Below, piece by piece: positions 58,013-60,875 of a stretch of DNA of 60,875 nucleotides. The notes beneath the pieces were generated by a model, which made no database searches, was not told the DNA's origin, and saw only the letters and a list, made by a program, of their open reading frames with translations. Each line of letters begins with the position of its first letter. Position 1 is the first letter of the stretch. Position numbers and translations under genes: made by a program. The stretch is from NCBI GenBank assembly GCA_016781485.1, contig JADDQH010000006.1, positions 1-60,875 on the forward strand. Reading direction: 5' to 3'. This stretch comes from Chloroflexota bacterium (GTDB lineage Bacteria; Chloroflexota; Limnocylindria; Limnocylindrales; CSP1-4).

Positions 58013-60520
58013 GTGGCGAAGCTCGTCACCGGGGGGAGCGACGAGTGGAGGCGGCAGGTGCACGAAGGATCCCCGAAGACCTTCGAGGGAAGGTACTTCG
58101 GGAAGGGCCTCGAGGAGGCGCTGCGGCGCGCCCAGGCCGACTCCGCGTTCCTTGCGGCGCGCGGCCTTGAGGCCGTCGCTCAGGTCTGGGACGAACAGCG
58201 CGGACTCCTGACGGTCCGCTACGAGGGGTCCCCGACTCCCGTCTCCCCTCCCGCCGCCTGGGAGCCCCCCGCCTTGCAGCCAGGCGCCACGGGGCATCCC
58301 GTCTCCCCTCCTCCGCCGGCGACCGCTCGAGAGCCGATCACCTCTCCGCCTCCACCTGTCGGTGCGCAGACGCGGAAACCGCTCCGACTGCTCGGCGCGC
58401 TCACCGCCGCCGGCACCGTCGTCGCGGCGCTCGTCCTCGCCTTCGGGCTCGACGCTCTCGCGCCCCGTCCGCACCTCGCTCCGCGGGAACCCACCGGCGC
58501 TGCGGAAGGCGGCAGGGACTCGCGCGGAGCGGCCGGCGCCGCGTCCTCGAAAGCGGTTCCCGTCGAGTGCCGGTTCGAGGTGCCGATCGGCGTCGTCGCG
58601 GAATGCGGGGACCTGATCGTGCCGGAGGACCGACGACGCCCGGAGGGACGGCTGATCCGGCTGCACTACGCCGTCTTCCCGAGCGAGGCCGAGACGCCCG
58701 CGCCAGACCCCGTCGTCTACCTCCACGGAGGGCCGGGCGGCGGAGCGTTGGAACAGGTGGCGTGGGAGCTCGACGCCTATCCCTTCCTCGCCGATCGGGA
58801 CCTGATCGTGTTCGATCAGCGTGGAAGCGGCTTCTCCACGCCATCCCTCGATTGCCCCGAGATCACGGAGGCCGAGACGGAGTTGCTCGACGAGGATCGA
58901 GACGTGGGCTGGACGACGTGGGCCAACGCGCTCGAGGGCTGCCGGGACCGACTGCGCGACGAGGGTATCGACCTCGACGCGTACGACACGGACGCGAGCG
59001 CAGCCGACGTGGAGGACCTCCGTCGGGCACTGGGGATCGAGCGGTGGAACCTGTACGGGATCTCGTATGGGACAAGGCTCGCGCTCACGGTGATGCGCGA
59101 TCACCCGGAAGCGGTCCGGAGCGTGATCCTGGATTCCGTCGCCCTCCCGCAGGCGGACCTCCTCGCGGACCTGGCGCGGAACGCGCAGGGGGCGTTCAAC
59201 CGCTTCTTCACGGCCTGTCGGCGCGACTCGGACTGTGACCGTGACTTCCCGGAGCTCAAGGCGACGTTCACGGAGGCGATCTCGCGCCTGGACGAGGAGA
59301 CACCGGATGTCGAGGTGCTGGATCCCGACGGCGCGCGACACGACGCGAACATCTACGGGGAGGACCTCGTCGGCTTCCTGTTCCACCGGCTGTATGAGAC
59401 GGCGTCGATCCCGCGGCTTCCCGGCGCGATCGCCCAGATCGACGACGGGGAGCACCAGCTCCTCGCGGCCTTCCTCGCCGAGCAACTCGAGTACGGGTCG
59501 GGGCGTCCGACGGACAGACCGAGCTGGATCAGTGAAGGAGTCTGGCTCTCCGTCACCTGCGCTGAGGAGGCGCCGTTCACGAATGAGTTCGCGATCGCCG
59601 ACGCCGGGATCGGCGTCCCTGGGCCGATCTACGACTATTTCGACGAGCCGATCCTCGACATCTGCGACCTGTGGGGGGTCGAGCGGGCCGCTGACGACAT
59701 GAACGAGGCCACCCGAAGCGAGCTCCCTTCGCTGCTGCTCGCCGGTGAGTTCGATCCGATCACACCGCCGGAGTGGACGATGACGGCAGCAAAGACGCTG
59801 CCGAGATCGCACGCCTTCCTGTTCCCCGGGGTCGGCCACGGCGTCCTTCCTTCCACCTCGTGCGCACACCGCGTTGCTCGTACCTTCCTGGCGGCCCCCG
59901 AAGGCGAGCGACCAGACGCCTCCTGCACCGGCGCGGCGGCCGGCGTTCGCTTCCTCCCGCGTGACCTGGTGATGCGAGACGACTTCTCCGAGCCGCTGAG
60001 CGGGTGGGGCAAGTACGAGGAACCGGGCCTGCGCGCCGGCTATCGCGACGGCGCGTACCGCGCCGAGGTCACCACGATCGACTACCCCTGGTACGGGTTC
60101 CCCTATCCCCCGGTGGTCGAGTCGAACGCGCGCGTGGAGGTCGACGTGACGTGGGTGAAGGCGCAGGCTGGGCACGTGGGCGTCGTCTGTGGCTGGAAGG
60201 AGCCGTTCGACCACTTCGTCCTCGCGATCGGAAGCGATGGCCGGTACAAGGTCGAGAGGTGGAAGGACGACGTCGTGAAGAAGATCGACGCCGGCCGCGC
60301 ACCGCGACAGCGATCGGGGGACAGGTGGAGGATGTCGGCGGTATGCGAGACGCCGGCAGAGGGTCCGGGGCGAGCCCGGCTGTGGCTCGACGGCACGCTC
60401 GTCGCGGACGTCGACATCGACGCCGGCTGGGGTCCAGGCGAAGTCGGATTGATCCTGGAGGCCGGCGGCCAGGGATCGGTGGACGTCCTGCTCGACGACT
60501 TCGTCGTCCGGCGCCGCTGA
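58013..60520 (+). CDS. Membrane-anchored alpha/beta hydrolase (TAP-like/S33) with unknown N-terminal domain and beta-sandwich C-terminal domain
   Basis: ECG...VPED, HGGPGG, DQRG.G.S.P.L.C, GISYGT (Ser), GEFDPITP (Asp), GHG (His), C......FL..P; single TM near 58390-58450. Confidence 0.88.
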   Translation: MAKLVTGGSDEWRRQVHEGSPKTFEGRYFGKGLEEALRRAQADSAFLAARGLEAVAQVWDEQRGLLTVRYEGSPTPVSPPAAWEPPALQPGATGHPVSPPPPATAREPITSPPPPVGAQTRKPLRLLGALTAAGTVVAALVLAFGLDALAPRPHLAPREPTGAAEGGRDSRGAAGAASSKAVPVECRFEVPIGVVAECGDLIVPEDRRRPEGRLIRLHYAVFPSEAETPAPDPVVYLHGGPGGGALEQVAWELDAYPFLADRDLIVFDQRGSGFSTPSLDCPEITEAETELLDEDRDVGWTTWANALEGCRDRLRDEGIDLDAYDTDASAADVEDLRRALGIERWNLYGISYGTRLALTVMRDHPEAVRSVILDSVALPQADLLADLARNAQGAFNRFFTACRRDSDCDRDFPELKATFTEAISRLDEETPDVEVLDPDGARHDANIYGEDLVGFLFHRLYETASIPRLPGAIAQIDDGEHQLLAAFLAEQLEYGSGRPTDRPSWISEGVWLSVTCAEEAPFTNEFAIADAGIGVPGPIYDYFDEPILDICDLWGVERAADDMNEATRSELPSLLLAGEFDPITPPEWTMTAAKTLPRSHAFLFPGVGHGVLPSTSCAHRVARTFLAAPEGERPDASCTGAAAGVRFLPRDLVMRDDFSEPLSGWGKYEEPGLRAGYRDGAYRAEVTTIDYPWYGFPYPPVVESNARVEVDVTWVKAQAGHVGVVCGWKEPFDHFVLAIGSDGRYKVERWKDDVVKKIDAGRAPRQRSGDRWRMSAVCETPAEGPGRARLWLDGTLVADVDIDAGWGPGEVGLILEAGGQGSVDVLLDDFVVRRR

Positions 60521-60534
60521 CCGAGAGGGAACGA

Positions 60535-60561
60535 AAGGAGGCGCAGGACGTGCGCCTCCTT
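60535..60561. terminator. Inverted repeat between convergent genes, probable terminator
   Basis: aaggaggcgca-ggacg-tgcgcctcctt forms an 11-bp perfect stem; T-rich tail on the minus strand. Confidence 0.65.
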
Positions 60562-60570
60562 GAACCCCTG

Positions 60571-60875
60571 TCAGCGCCTGCGCCGCGGCCTCGTGCCGGT
60601 GCGCTTGATCACGTTCGGAGTCACGCGGCGGTCCCAGGTCGGCTTGTCCAGCCAGCGCGCCATCCAGCCATCGTCGTCGCCCTCGTGCTCGTCACGGATC
60701 CCCGGGAGCCAGTCCGCCGCCGTCCCCTCGTCAACGTCACCGCGTCCGACGCTGTCGGCACGGCCGTGGTCGTGCGCGTCCGGACCTCCGTCATCGACCA
60801 CGCCCAGGTCGGCCGCGTCCTTCGTGCGCCCGTCGAACGGCGCGCCCTCCGCCGGAAGCACCGTGACCGAGGTCA
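60571..60875 (-). CDS. C-terminal fragment of a gene entering from the right edge; product unidentified
   Basis: The frame is open to the window edge (TSVTVLPAEG...WLPGIRDEHE.DDDGWMARWLDKPTWDRRVTPNV.KR.G.RPRRRR*) with GC-rich third positions. Confidence 0.6.
   Translation of the reverse strand, partial: TSVTVLPAEGAPFDGRTKDAADLGVVDDGGPDAHDHGRADSVGRGDVDEGTAADWLPGIRDEHEGDDDGWMARWLDKPTWDRRVTPNVIKRTGTRPRRRR

Overview
This is a high-GC (roughly 70% by eye), mostly minus-strand core-genome segment. Gene order and protein signatures suggest Chloroflexota, possibly Limnocylindria/Ellin6529 (inference). It contains about 50 housekeeping CDS: smc (partial), rnc, acpP, nusB, plsX, rpmF, yceD, coaD, rsmD, recG, DAK2/fakA, rpmB, dtd, rpe, rlmN, fmt, def, priA, gmk, rluD, lspA, ileS, ilvE, rpsR-ssb-rpsF, secG, gpmI, tpiA, whiA-yvcK-rapZ, tatAC, pyrF, recJ, secDF, uvrC, uvrA and pyk. 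There are eight tRNA genes and a few accessory surface or membrane genes: an orphan GT2 synthase, an S8 peptidase, a lipoprotein, VanZ and a membrane-anchored TAP-like hydrolase. I saw no mobile element, CRISPR array, defence island or clearly new multi-gene system. The most notable observations are fine-scale. A conserved gene appears to start at a non-canonical ATC behind a perfect Shine-Dalgarno, and rnc lacks a plausible in-frame start. Many genes have leaderless-type promoters. Rpe is fused to a DUF2007/GlnB-like domain. IleRS carries the inverted GVHH motif linked to mupirocin hyper-resistance. A 19-bp tandem duplication creates a mini-ORF before rluD, and the S8 propeptide has a hexapeptide repeat. 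A transmembrane hydrolase carries an unknown cytoplasmic domain and a lectin-like tail. All family assignments come from motif recognition by eye, not database searches.
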